Position numbers and translations under genes: made by a program. Source: the human T2T-CHM13v2.0 reference genome, Homo sapiens. Taken from it: a stretch of 64,000 bases of DNA. Positions 13,505-25,770 of this stretch are shown in pieces (positions within the stretch are counted from its first letter, which is position 1; the number at the start of each line of letters is the position of its first letter). Under the pieces are notes generated by a model. It was not told where the DNA came from, made no database searches, and was given only the letters and a program-made list of their open reading frames with translations. The stretch lies in NCBI RefSeq assembly GCF_009914755.1, contig NC_060941.1. One strand, given 5' to 3'.

Positions 13505-13700
13505 TAGGGTCAGAAGGGCCTGATTGTCCGTCCCAGCTCTATTACTTGGTTAAGTATGGTCTTTCAGAAGTTAATTCCAGCTTGTAAGACTCAGTGCCTG
13601 CATTTTAAAATAGACTTAGGAATAAGTTAGAAGAGGTCAAGATCACGTGAAATACAATGGCACCTTCCATGATCCGTGGGCTATTGCAAACACTTATAGG
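13505..13700 (+). mobile_element. MIR
   Basis: 'tcccagctctattactt...ctcagtgcctgcattttaaaat'. Confidence 0.6.
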
Positions 13701-14179
13701 ATCCTACATTCTTCTCTCTTCTTACCCCATCCCAAGTTTCCTCAGCATATGGATGCAATTGCATCGCATTACTATTAAGAAACCCCCCCCCCTTTTTTTA
13801 TGCTTTTGCTGTTAGTTTCTTAACTCAGAACCCTGGCGACCTCGCCCCACTCTGAGAATTCCGAGGGATTCCAAAGTGGGTCTCTTGTGGCTCACAAACC
13901 GCTGTAGCACAACCTTCTGCACTGACCCCACAGAGCCACACGAGGGCAGCACATCACCAGTGTTGCCGCTTCCTGGTCCAGGAGCCGACTCTGGAATACC
14001 CCAGGGTGCATTCTTATGGGGTTCCCAATTGGACCACCTGTGTGATGCCAGGAGACTGTGTGGCATGCAAAGATGGCCTCCACTGAGCTGCATCTCTCAA
14101 GACTCTCACCTTTCCACATGGAAGGCAGACTGGCCCTGGACAGAAGGTAGAGTTTGCACCATTTCACGGCTTTCCATTT

Positions 14180-14481
14180 GAATTTTGTGCTCTTTGGGAC
14201 CCTAGGCTACCATGTCAGAAAACTGCCAAAGCTTCTGGAGAGATCACGTGAAAAAGCCTCGAAACTTAGAGAGGAAGAGAAAGAGATAGACACCCAGGGG
14301 TCCTAGCATCCCAGTTGAGCCTCTAGGTGTCTCCAGCCCCAGTTGCCATCTGACCACACCTGTATGAGAGATTGGAGCAAAACCAGCAGAAGAACTGCCC
14401 CGCTGAACCCAGTCAGCTCATAGAACCATGAGAGACGATAAAATGATAGCTGTTTTAATGCAGCAATAGAGAACTGAAGCA
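14180..14481 (+). mobile_element. MLT1H-like LTR, 3' part
   Basis: 'gaagaactgccccgctgaacccagtcag...tagaaccatgagagacgataaaat...gcagcaatagagaactgaagca'. Confidence 0.75.
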
Positions 14482-15478
14482 GGTAGTTTGTGTTTCCTTG
14501 CATGTTCAGCTTGAAATGTCTCTGCAGTCCATGAAGGAGTGGGGAGAAAGCCCCATTTTTACAGCACCACAAGGCAGCCTGCACCCCTCCTTCCCTGTCT
14601 CAGGCTTTGATAAGTTTCATGAAGCCAGGCTAGGGAGCAGTGACAGACACAGACTCTAGGCTCTCTGCCTTTCCGCATTTCCTCAAGATTCCTCTCAAAA
14701 TATCTGTTCCTTCTCCCTCAGCTGAAAAACCCTGAGACAATTTAACACTGGCAGTCTGGTCCACCCATTCCTTAGGCATCCTGGGATAACCTCAAGCTAG
14801 GACTCCCTGCTTTGATTAAAAGATTAAATGAGAGAAATCCAAATGTGAAGTTATTTGTTCTTTGTTAAAATTATTTGGAAAGGTGTGACCTCCTTCTGAT
14901 CTGATTATAGACACCTCAGGGCAGAAAGAAGGTTCAGAGATACTTGGTCTTGCAGCCATCCTCAAATGTACCAAAAATTTTTGGTAGAATAAGTAAATAT
15001 TACATCTTGCTTGCCTGCCTGCTAATTGGAAAATTAGTATAAATATTCTAAATCATAACATGCAAATTTATCTAAAAGAATCACTGAATCTCCTAGAAGG
15101 TTTTGGTCATTACACATTCTTTCAAACAATGAATACCAAAACCAACTACAGAGGTGAGCCTGTAATATACTTTGTACTCCTAAATGGAACTCTACTCAAA
15201 AATAGGGGAAACTCTTGATCTAGTCTAACTCTTATTTTATTAATGAAGAAACTATAGCTAAAAAAAGAAGAAATGGCTCACAAGAGGTTGGAGATTTTCC
15301 AGGAAAGTTCCAAGTTGAAATTTCTCAGCCTTGAAGATGGCAACACAGGATCCCATGTCTATATGCAGGAACTTCCAAGACACAAAGTATGCCTTTAAAA
15401 TCTCAGTTTTACAACAACAGCTATCAGCAGAAAGAAGTATAAATGGTCCGATTTTTTTAAAGTGTTCAATTTGCAGGG

Positions 15479-15874
15479 TGATATGGCTTGGATCTGTGTC
15501 CCTGCCCAAACCTCATGTCAAATTGTCATCCCCAATGTTGGAGGTGGGGCCTGGTGATTGGATCATGGGGGCAGATTTCCCCCTCCTTGCTGTGATGGTG
15601 AGTGAGTGCTCACAAGAACTGGTTCTTTAAAAGTGTGTAGCACCTTCCCCATCTCTCTCTCTTGTTCCTGCTCTGGCCATGGAAGATGAGCCTGCTTCCC
15701 CCACACCTTCTACCATGACTGCAAGTTTCCTGAGGCCTTCCCAGAAGCCAACGGATGGCCAGTATCATGCTTCCTTTACTGTCTGCAGAACGATCAGCCA
15801 AATAAACTTCTTTTCTTCATAAATTACCGAGTGTCAGGTATTTTTTTATAGCAATGTAAGAGTGGGCTAATTGA
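15479..15874 (+). mobile_element. MSTA-like solo LTR with TSD CAGGG
   Basis: 'tgatatggcttggatctgtgtccctgcccaaa...'; CAGGG at 15474-15478 and 15875-15879. Confidence 0.9.
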
Positions 15875-17107
15875 CAGGGGCTTTCTCACCTTTGGAGAAG
15901 GAAACTTCTTCAAGATAAGGTACATGTCACTGTTCTGTGGGTCTTTCATCCTTTGTTCATATTGTCTATCCACCAACAAATACTTACTGAGCATCTTCTT
16001 TTCTTGGGCACCTTTGGGTTTAAAGCCTTTGCCCTCCAAGGGCCTACAAGCTAGTTAGGGAGATGGTGGGTACAACTAAATGCAGCAGGAGATGTGCTGT
16101 GGTAGAGGCAGCACATGCTCTGCCTGGATTCCCTCCCATCCCCATTGCCAATTCTGCACCTCAAGTCCCTCCTGCAGACTTTGCTCCTGCTGGCCCACAT
16201 CTGCGACTTTCTTCTGAAGACTCCAAGAGGGCTACTGGAGACACCAAAAGAAGAGCCGCCACACAGAGACCCAAGTCCCTGTAAGTTCATGTGGCTCCAG
16301 GGGCCCAAAGCCAAAGGTGGGTTTGGCTCTAGCTGGGACACGTTCTACAGCATAAGGGACCTCCAGACCTCACCACAGACTCAGGCTGAGGCTGAGAGTT
16401 CCCCTAAAATTGTACCCTGATTTGGCTTTCCCCCCTACCCTATCCTGCTCTTTTAATGGTCAGCTTCTGTGATCTTGTTTTAACAGGGCAAAGATAAAGC
16501 ACAACTTATGGGACCCCTAGCTCTCTCTTACCAGGTAATGTACTATTTTGGACAACATCATTTCCTCCCTTACAGTTATTTATCGGTCTGACCTTTCCTT
16601 AGAGACCTTATCACAGAAAGAAATTGGTTTTCTCTGGGCATACCTATAATTTAAACTCTGGATTCATAGCCTGTGATGGGTTCTGTTTGACAGAGTACTG
16701 GGTCTATCTAACTATTGAGGGTCTGAGGACCCAGGAAATGTCACCAAAGTGAATCAGGGGAATAAGTTATAGCTGTAGAGATGTGAATTATGGGAGGGAA
16801 TGAGTTGTCAGAGTAGATTGAGTTGGGAAGGCAGAGGAAGAGTTATCCATGAGCCGGGCCAACCAGAGCTGCAGCGCCTATGCCCAACAGCATCCGTATC
16901 TACAGAGGAGCCAGGGAGGGTCATGTTGTGGGTGCATCCAAATTGTTAATGACTGCAAATGTAGCACTCTCAACAGCAGGGTACACATCTGCACCCTGGC
17001 ACTCCCAGTCTTTGCTGGGCCCCATCACCCCCGACAACATAATCAAATTGCACAGATTCAAGTTCATTGGTCTCAATCCAGAGAAATGGAAGAAAAGGAA
17101 AATCACC

Positions 17108-17532
17108 TGCATTAGTCAATTTTTGTGTCACTATGAAGAAATACCTGAGGTTGGGTAATCTATAAAGAAAGAAGTTTAATTGGCTTATGGCTCTGCAGAG
17201 TGTACAGGAAGTGTGGTGCCAGCGTCTGCTTCTAGGGAGGTCTCTCAGGAAGCTTGCAATCCTGGCAGAAGGAGAAGGGGGAGCAGATGCATCCCTTTTG
17301 AAAGAGGGAGCAAGAGAGAGAGCAGGAAGGTGCCACACTTTTTTAAACAACCAGATCTTGTGGAAACTCAGAGCGAGAACTCATTCATTACCTCTAGGAT
17401 GGCACCAAGCTGGTGCCTTCCATAAAGTACTACCCCCATGATCCAAACACCTCCCCACCAGAACCCACCTCCAACACTGGGGATTACATTTTGACATGAG
17501 ATCTGGAGGGGACAAATACCCAAACTATATCA
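17108..17532 (-). mobile_element. MSTA/B solo LTR
   Basis: 'tgcattagtc...gaaatacctgaggttgggtaat...ccaaactatatca'; TSD tcacc/ttacc. Confidence 0.9.
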
Positions 17533-17634
17533 TTACCCCGTGTTGGATTGTTAGGTTAGTATACTCCCAGTGAGATTCTGGAGTCTTCTAAGTGGTTAAT
17601 GTAAAAGGAAGTCCAAGGTAACTGTTATACCCAC

Positions 17635-18050
17635 AGAGTCCAGAGCCAGATTCTAGAGGGCTGAATTTGGGGTCACTTTCCAAACAATGTGATCTGGGCA
17701 AATTCCTTAAACTGCTTTTGCTTTAAATTCCCCATCCATAAAATGAGACTAACAAAACAACCCTCACAGGGTTGCAGTGAGAAGTCAATGAGTTTATCTG
17801 TGTAAAGCGCCTGGGATAATGCCTGGTGTTTTGGGAGTGTTGACATATTAATGATCCTTAACACCTCAGTAGTATTATTCTAGTTTCATATGTAAGCAAA
17901 CTGAGACTCAATGAAGTTAAGAAGTTAACCCTAATTATTCAGCTGGTTCTTTTCAAAAACATTGCTAAATGCTTACCTTATACTTGCTAGAAAAAAGCAA
18001 AGCTGGCATTTAAACGGAGAGTCCATGATCTTCCCACACCTCACTGCCTC
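17635..18050. mobile_element. Two MIRs tail-to-tail (+ ~17635-17850, - ~17850-18050)
   Basis: 'tgtgatctgggcaaattcc...cctcacagggttgcagtgag' then 'aaactgagactcaatgaagttaag'. Confidence 0.7.
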
Positions 18051-20563
18051 ACGCTAGCAAGATGTCTGGGATATTTCATTTTAATTATTTTATTATATTA
18101 AGGGACATTCGGTGCTTTCGGGTGATCTAACAAAGTTTCAAATACAGGTTCAGCAGGGAAGGGCTTTATGAATTCAGAAGAATGACTTTTAATTAGCCCC
18201 TGTATAGTTTACCTGTGAATGGATAACTAAAAAAGTGTAAAAAAAAATGCTTTCCTACCTTTTTTGGTTAAATATTTCCTTTGAAACTGAGTCTCTTCTT
18301 TTAATTTGCTTAATGGACTCCTGCCTTTGATTCTGAGCACAGGGAGAGGTAAATCAGAACAGGCATTGCTCCAGAGACTACAGATCTCACATTCCTGGGA
18401 TGACAGTGAGGTCTCACTAATGAGGACTAATTGCGGGAGGAGAAGGGCGAGTTACTGAGAAGTCAGAACAGAAAATCTTCTGCACCACTTTGTCATTTTG
18501 AAATCACACAATAATTCAAACCTGGCTCATACAACTCATTCATCCATTTATTCATTCAACAGTCCTTAGGCTTCAGGAATAGATATGAGTGATCTAAAAT
18601 TAACATATTGACTACTTGAATATAAATGAACCATTCTAAAGTGCTTGATGGGGCTGGAAAAATGAGCTCTTCTAGATGTTTGAAATAGTTCTCTCCTAAG
18701 TCTTGCTTACTTTGTTAAACTGTTTTACAAACTCTTTCTTGAGACGCTTCAAGGAGAACTTCAACTTGGATTTGAACTCAGTTCTCTGTGTCTCCAAAGT
18801 TCACTATTTTCCCCTTTTCTTTATCTGTGTGTATCTTGCACAAAGTAGGTGTCTATGTGGTTACTGTTGATTGAGGGACACTCAGAGATTAAGAAATGTG
18901 GACCAAATATCAAAGCTGAAAGATATATCCCCCCTGTTTCCTTTCAGAGACCTGAAATTGATCCTACTCTTCTGTGGATGGTGTCTGTTCACAGTGGTGG
19001 CAATGAGGGCAGGTTCCTGGATCTTGGGCATTTATCTTGTTTCTACAACACTCTCCTCTCCCTGCACCTACACTGCACCTACTCCACCTCAGAATGGATG
19101 CTCGGATGCCCCATGGAAGTGGGCTGAGGGAGTGAATGAGTGAATGGATGAGGGTATGAATAAATGAACTCATAGCATGAGGGCACAGGCACCCTGTTTA
19201 TATTCTCACACCTCAAGGGACCATCTTTGATGCTTCAGGTGTGGGGAAATGTTTAGCAGAGATTTACTGGGGAGTCACAAAACCACTTGTTGCTCCTTTG
19301 TCAGGTGTTTTTTGGGAAGTAGACATTTGAAGTTCCTGGGATCTCTTGCTTTAGGACCGACATTGCCATAGGAGTGCTATATTTTAGGGGGGAGGTCAGA
19401 ACATCATTTGGAGCCCTTGCATTAGAACAGAATTGAATGTTGGAGGGAGACGTGAGTAGCAGAAAAGGTAGAAAAACAGAGTTTGGGACAAATTCATTGA
19501 GAGTCAGAGTTTGGAAAGTTTGAATCAAATGTCTTTCACCTAAGGTCCATAAAGAAATCTCCCTGCTGCCTCCATCTATGCTAGAGTTCTGCTGGGACTA
19601 ATCAATAAGTAATTAGAAAGAGCTAGGAATTTAATATACAGAGAGATTGATGGGAGGAGTCTATACAGTGGTAAATGAAACACTAAACCCCCTTGGGACT
19701 TTGGGGGAAAGTTCCTGAGAAAGGCTGAGCTAACTGAAGGTCTTCAGATATTCCTAGCTCATCCCTAAATCATAAGTGTCTCAGCTTAGGCCCTTTCCTC
19801 TGCCCTTGGCCACTCCAGGAATCCTGGATAGCTGGATGCAGGTCTATCTCCTCTTCAATGTGCCCACATGGGCCTTTGGGAAGGCTGGCCTCAGAGCAAA
19901 GACAGTGTTCAGAACAGCCTATAAAACAAGGATAGTCACAAACTGGGGTGGGGTTGGGGGAGCTGTTGTGATATGTGTACCCAACAGGGGAGGGCTAGAT
20001 GAACAGAGCACTAGAAGGTGACTTAAAATCAAAGAAAAAAATGATGATTCATAAAATGTATCATGAATGCATGGGGTAAATAACAAAATTGTTGAAAATT
20101 TATATAGATGTAATTTGGCCATCTCCACCAAAATTGAAAATACACATATCTTTGATTCAGCAATTCCACTTCTAGGAATTTATCCTACAGATAGGCTCAA
20201 ACACACATAAAGCAGCAGGTGCATAGGGTTATTCATTGTGGTATTAATTATAAGATCAAAAGTGTGGAAGCAAGCTGAACACATAAAAGGATACAATTAA
20301 ATACATCGTAGCACATGTGTTCAATGGAAGGCCAGGAAGACCAAAGGAGTCATTCAGACTTTTCTGAATTCTTCCTTCATGTCAGGCGCTGTCCTAGGTG
20401 CTGAATATAGAATGGTGATCAAAATAGTCAAAAAATCCCTGCCCTCCAGAACTTACATTTTGGTGGGAGATGCTTCTCTTTATGTATTGATAGAAACTGA
20501 TCTCTATACCTCCATGTTCTTTTGTTACATAAAAAGAGTAAGATGCAGGCGCTAAGGAAATTC

Positions 20564-20682
20564 TTTTTTTTTTTTTTTTTTAAGACGTAATCTTGCTCTA
20601 TCGCTGGATTGCTGTGGTGCGATCCTGGCTAACTGCAAGCTCCGCCCCCGGATTCATGCCATTCTCCTGCCTCAGCCTCCTG
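20564..20682 (-). mobile_element. 5'-truncated AluY-like right-arm fragment abutting the next Alu tail
   Basis: 'ctgcaagctccgccc...ttcatgccattctcctgcctcagcctcc'. Confidence 0.8.
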
Positions 20683-20996
<314 letters not shown>

Positions 20997-21344
20997 CCCT
21001 AATGTCAATGTTGATGTTTGCATTAAGTATCTTTGAAAGGACACACAAGAAATTTATAGCATGGCATCCTCTGGCTAGAGGACAGGAGATGTTCCCTGTT
21101 TACTCTTTGGTATCCTTTGATTGTTGAGCCACTTGGAGGTTATTTATTTTTTTAAAAAAACTTTAATTTGTTTATTAAAAGATAGATAGAATATAATTAT
21201 TGGCCCTAACCCTGTCCCCTCACTTCTGACTCCAACCTCTGCAGGAAAGAAAAGGGTCCAGTGCAAGAGAGACGGATGCTCCAGAGGATCTTCTTGTCAG
21301 AAGAGGGAACTCCTAACTAAAAGCCTGGCTAATATTTGCCTTAG

Positions 21345-21401
21345 CCTTAGAGAGCTGTATTTGCACGGGTTCCTAATGGTATCTGGTGAAGCCCCCATCA
21401 G
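21345..21401 (+). repeat. 57-bp dispersed direct repeat, copy 1 (copy 2 at 23673-23728)
   Basis: ccttagagagctgtatttgcacgggttcctaatggtatctggtgaagcccccatcag vs ccttagagaattgtatttgcaagggttcctaatggtgtctggtgaagccccatcag. Confidence 0.92.
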
Positions 21402-21423
21402 TCCTTTCTCCCTGTGTGTGTGT

Positions 21424-21532
21424 TGATAACCAATCAACCTTGTTTGCCTAGGACTTTCTTCATTTTAGTACTACAAGTTCCATGTCCTGAAAAACCCTCA
21501 GTCCTGGACAACTAGGAGAGTTGATCTCCCTG
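21424..21532 (+). mobile_element. MER81 (hAT-Blackjack MITE)
   Basis: 'accaatcaaccttgtttgcctaggact...ttttagtact...aaaccctcagtcctggacaa...gttgatctccct'. Confidence 0.75.
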
Positions 21533-22199
21533 AAAGGGAGGAGACGGAGAGGGTGAGGGAGAGAAGATGGAGACCTCAATCATGTGCATACATTCCTCTC
21601 TGAGTTTCTTACCTCCCTGGCACTTATATTCTAAAGTCCCCAGAACATGGCTCTTCTACTGATTAGATACATGACTTATCTCTCTGAGCCTCAGTTTATT
21701 TATCAACAAAAGGGGCTAATTATCTTCCCTGCCTGCCACTGCTAAGAACTTAATATCCTTTTCCTCTCCCAGCCTCATGTCATCATGGCCCTTCTCATCC
21801 TGCCAAGCTTCTGTGGACCATCACAGTAGTTACCCTCGCTCCCGTTCAGATAGTTGTCTGGCTAAATCCCGACCTGGCTAGATACAGTTATTGTCCTACT
21901 CTTTCCCTGAACCTGAGAAGAGGATGCAGTTGGAGAAAACTACACTCTTAGGCTGATGGGTCTCACTTTAAATTGTGACCACAAGTGACTGGAGGGCCCT
22001 TGGCACTGCTGAACAACACTGGTATTTCCCAGATCTCATGACTACTTCACACCCTTTCCCCTCCCCCTAGGCCTCTGCAAAGCAGTCTTAGTTGAGAGCC
22101 CTGAATCTGATTTCACTGAGAAAATAGAAGCAATCAGAAGAAAAATATGTCATCTCCCCCCTACCCCACAGGCACAGCCTGCATCTGCGCCAGGCTCTC

Positions 22200-22430
22200 T
22201 GCCTTCCCTCATGTGCTCCCATCTGAGGCCAGCCCTTCCTCCAGTGCTCCCGTGTGAGGCCAGCCCTTCCTCCCATGCTCCCGTCCAAGACTAGCCCTTC
22301 CCTCCTGTGTTCCTGTGTGTGGCCAGCCCTTCTTCCCTTGCATCCGTGAGAGGCCAGCCTTTCCTCCCCTGTGAGGCCAGCCCTTCCCCCCGGGCTCCCA
22401 CGTGAGGTCGAACCTTCCTCCCGTGCTCTG
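22200..22430. repeat. GC-rich minisatellite, ~31-bp unit, ~7.5 copies
   Basis: Unit ~gaggccagcccttcctcccgtgctcccgtgt starting at 22225, 22256, 22287, 22319, 22350, 22373, 22404. Confidence 0.92.
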
Positions 22431-22614
22431 TCTTCCACTTTTCTTACCAGCTCCACACCATGGTCCCTGTGATAGTCATTTCTCTCTCTGTATTATCCCT
22501 CACTGCCCCTCATGTCCTTCCCACACCACCCGCACTTCTGGATTGCTGCCAACTGTTTACAGAGAAGCTGTCAATCTCATCTCATTTCCTACCTACCCCT
22601 CTTCCTTCACTCAC

Positions 22615-22997
22615 TACTAAATTGTGTTCCCCACAAATGTGTATGTTGAAGCCCTCACCCCCATTGTGACTGTATTTGGAAACAGAACCTTTAGGGTTGT
22701 AATTAAGGTTAAATGAGGTTGTAAGGATGGGACCCCAATCCAATAAGACTGGTGCCCTTATAAGAAGAGGAAGAGACACCAGAGTGCATCTTTCTCTGTG
22801 CACACAGAGAAAAGACCATTTGAGGGCACAGTGAAGAACTGCTCTGCCAGCCAAGGAGAGAGGTCTCACCCAAAACCAACCCTGCTTGCACATTCATTTT
22901 AGACTTCCAGTCTCCAGAACTATGAGAAAATAAATTTCTGTTGTTTAACCCATCCACTTTGTGGTCTTGTATTATGGCAACTCAAGTAGAGAATACA
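22615..22997 (+). mobile_element. MLT1A-like solo LTR
   Basis: 'gtatgttgaagccctcaccccc...ggtgcccttataagaagagg...aaataaatttctgttgttta...aataca'; TSD ctcac/cttac. Confidence 0.9.
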
Positions 22998-23672
22998 CTT
23001 ACTGTGTTCTGGCCACACTGACTTTCTTGCTATTTCTCAAAAATTCCAAGCATGTTCCAGTTCAGAGACTGCACTTCGCTGTTGCTGTTGTTTGGAATGC
23101 TCTTCTCTGAGATCCCTGTATGATTCTCTCCTCTTACTCAATCTCAGATCCTGTAGCAGTTTCTGTGACTGTCATATCTAAAATAGTGCCCCGTGCCCAA
23201 ACTCTTCACCCTCATACTCTGTCTTATTTTTCTTTCTACTGCTTGCCTCTGCCTGCCATTGTGTTTGCTTATTTTCTATCTTCCTCACTTGGACAAGAGC
23301 CCCTCCATGGAGAAAGTTTGTTCCCTGCTCTAGTCCTTGTGTGGGAAACAGAGTCTGGCCATGGCAGGTGCTTGGTGAGCCTTTCTTGAATGCATAAGTG
23401 GACAGTGTGAAGGGCTCCGTGCTTTTCCTGGTACAGGCCATTAGGAAAGGTTCACTGTATTATTCCTGACTGTTCTTCTGGGTAGTGACCAAAGAAAATG
23501 CCCTGGGTGACTTCAGACATAGCAGGTTCCTTTAGAATGGAATCAAGGAAAAATACATATGTTAGAGGTAGAGAAATGAGAGGGAGCCATAGCTTGGAGT
23601 CACATAGTGTGGGTGGAGGGTTGGCTGGGAAGTGTCATAGTTTTGGTCTTAATCAGGCAAAGACCCAGCAGA

Positions 23673-23728
23673 CCTTAGAGAATTGTATTTGCAAGGGTTC
23701 CTAATGGTGTCTGGTGAAGCCCCATCAG
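23673..23728 (+). repeat. Dispersed direct repeat, copy 2
   Basis: 52/57 identity to 21345-21401. Confidence 0.92.
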
Positions 23729-24659
23729 AGAGCCAAATCCCTTTCACAAAGTCCTCAACAGCGGCTACCCACCTCCATTGAGCACTCCCTGGGATCACTC
23801 ACTGTGCTCCAGGGTGTGAATCAATTCTAATGATTAGAAGGGTCTCCCTCCCTTCTAACTGCTGCTGTGTCCCAGTTCTGCTCTCAAGAGCCACAGTCAA
23901 CAAGCCTTATTTTTCTTCCACTGGAAACTTCACCATTCTTGTTTCGTCTCTAAGCTCAAGATCTCTGTTTTCAAATTTTCCTTTGGCATGAATGAATGAG
24001 TGAGTGAATAAATAAATGAACGGCTTCAAGATCCTCACAGTCCCAGTCACCCTCCTGGTCTCTGCTTGTTCAGTGACTTCACTTTGAAGTGTGTTGTCCA
24101 GAACATTTCTTGGAATTCTTGAATCTTTAGTGCTTGATACAAGCAAAATAATAAAGGTAAGAAAATAGTGCTCAATAAATATTTGCTGGCTGAATAAATA
24201 GACAAAACCCTGTCTCAACGGGTCTGCTGGGCTGGGGCTATAAAGAGGCCACCTGGGGAATTTATTTTTCCTCCCACAATGAGAGAAAAGATTATGAAAT
24301 AGGAAATCATCCTGCCATTGCTGAGGAAAGTGGGGTCTTGGTGGGTCAGCACAGTGCCCGAGGCAGCGATAAAAGCTCAGCCTGCTAATAATTCCTACTC
24401 TATGAATTTATGAAAATCCCATATTTTATCATGCAGACATTTTGGAAGGGAAATACATTTTCTATTACCACTGGCCTTTTCTACACTCAAGCCACTGTAT
24501 CTGCTGCTGAAGGCAAGACAGCCCCCTGCCTCAGTGTCTCCCGCCAGCCTATGGAGACCGTGAAGATCCCAGGCATCTGTTTCCTGTGAGGCAGAAGATT
24601 GTAGTTGGCTCACTAGACCAGCTATGCCTCTGTGATGATTCACTGACTCTTTTTGTTTT

Positions 24660-25340
24660 AAGTTTTTTTTCAATTACAAAAGCAATATAAGCTTATAAAA
24701 AGTCAAATAATGGAGAATTATATAAAGAAACATTTAATTGTCTTCTTATTTTTCCTATCAATTGTACCCTCCTCTCCGAGATCATTAGGGAGTGACCTTT
24801 CACACTTTCCCTATACTTACATAGACCATATATGGAAACATGTACAACTGTGCCCCAGTTTTTGAAGTCCCAAATCAAATCATACCATGTACTTTACACG
24901 GAAACGTGCTTTTATTCACAAAGACATATATCATGGGCATGTTTTTGGCCAATTGCATATGGATCTAAATAATGTGGTCTCTTTTTTTAACAGCTTTATC
25001 GAGGTGTAACTGAGATACAGTAAGCTGCACATATTTAAAGCATATGCTATGATATATTTTGGCACCTGTAACACTGTCTTTTTAGTGCTGCATCATATTT
25101 TATTGTTTGGAGACACCACAATCTATTCATCTATTCCTGTATTGGTAGACACTGACATTGTTTCCAAGTTTTTGCTAATACAAAAATGCTGCAACTCCCC
25201 CTGCTCCACGCCTCCACATTTATTTTACCCTTATAAACTGAGGCTTTGTTTTTATGGGGTAGGTTACTATCAGTAGGATTGCTGATCAAAAAATAGACTC
25301 ATTTTACATTTTAATCATCAGTCTCATCAGATTGTTTTCC
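24660..25340 (-). mobile_element. L1M fragments
   Basis: 'tttaacagctttatcgaggtgtaactg', 'attgtttccaagtttttgcta', 'taggattgctgatcaaa'. Confidence 0.65.
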
Positions 25341-25579
25341 AAGCCGCAGCCTTAGCTATTACGAACAAGAGGTGTCCCTGGTTTGTTCTGTTGAATCCAG
25401 GACCATGACCTCAAACCATGCTGTGACTCCCTAAATATACATGTCTCTGCTCCAACATTCTTTGTAGGACCTCCTGTCTCTTTCCTGAATGGGATATCTT
25501 GGGAATGGTTTGGCTTGCTTCCTCACATTTGAACGGATTAGAAATATTTTTAATCTGGTTTAAATCTCAATCTAGTTCA

Positions 25580-25770
25580 CTGCTAATTGTAAACTGAGAC
25601 CACTTATAGGTTTATTTAACTTCTTTGAACTTCAGATTCCTCATTTAAAATGGAGACATAAAGAGTGCTGCACTTATTGGGTTGTGAGGATTAAGAGAGC
25701 ACCAATGTGTAAAATACCCCTAACAGTACATGGAATTTAGTATTTGCTCAAAAAATGGCAGCCATCCTTA
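25580..25770 (+). mobile_element. MIR
   Basis: 'tttaacttctttgaacttcagattcctcatttaaaatgg...gggttgtgaggattaa'. Confidence 0.7.

Larger units (their letters stand above)
21750..23400 (+). mobile_element. L2 fragment interrupted by a minisatellite and MLT1A
   Basis: 'ttcactgagaaaatagaagcaatcag', 'ggccacactgactttcttgctatttctc...ccaagcatgttcc', terminal 'caggtgcttg...ttgaatg'. Confidence 0.8.
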
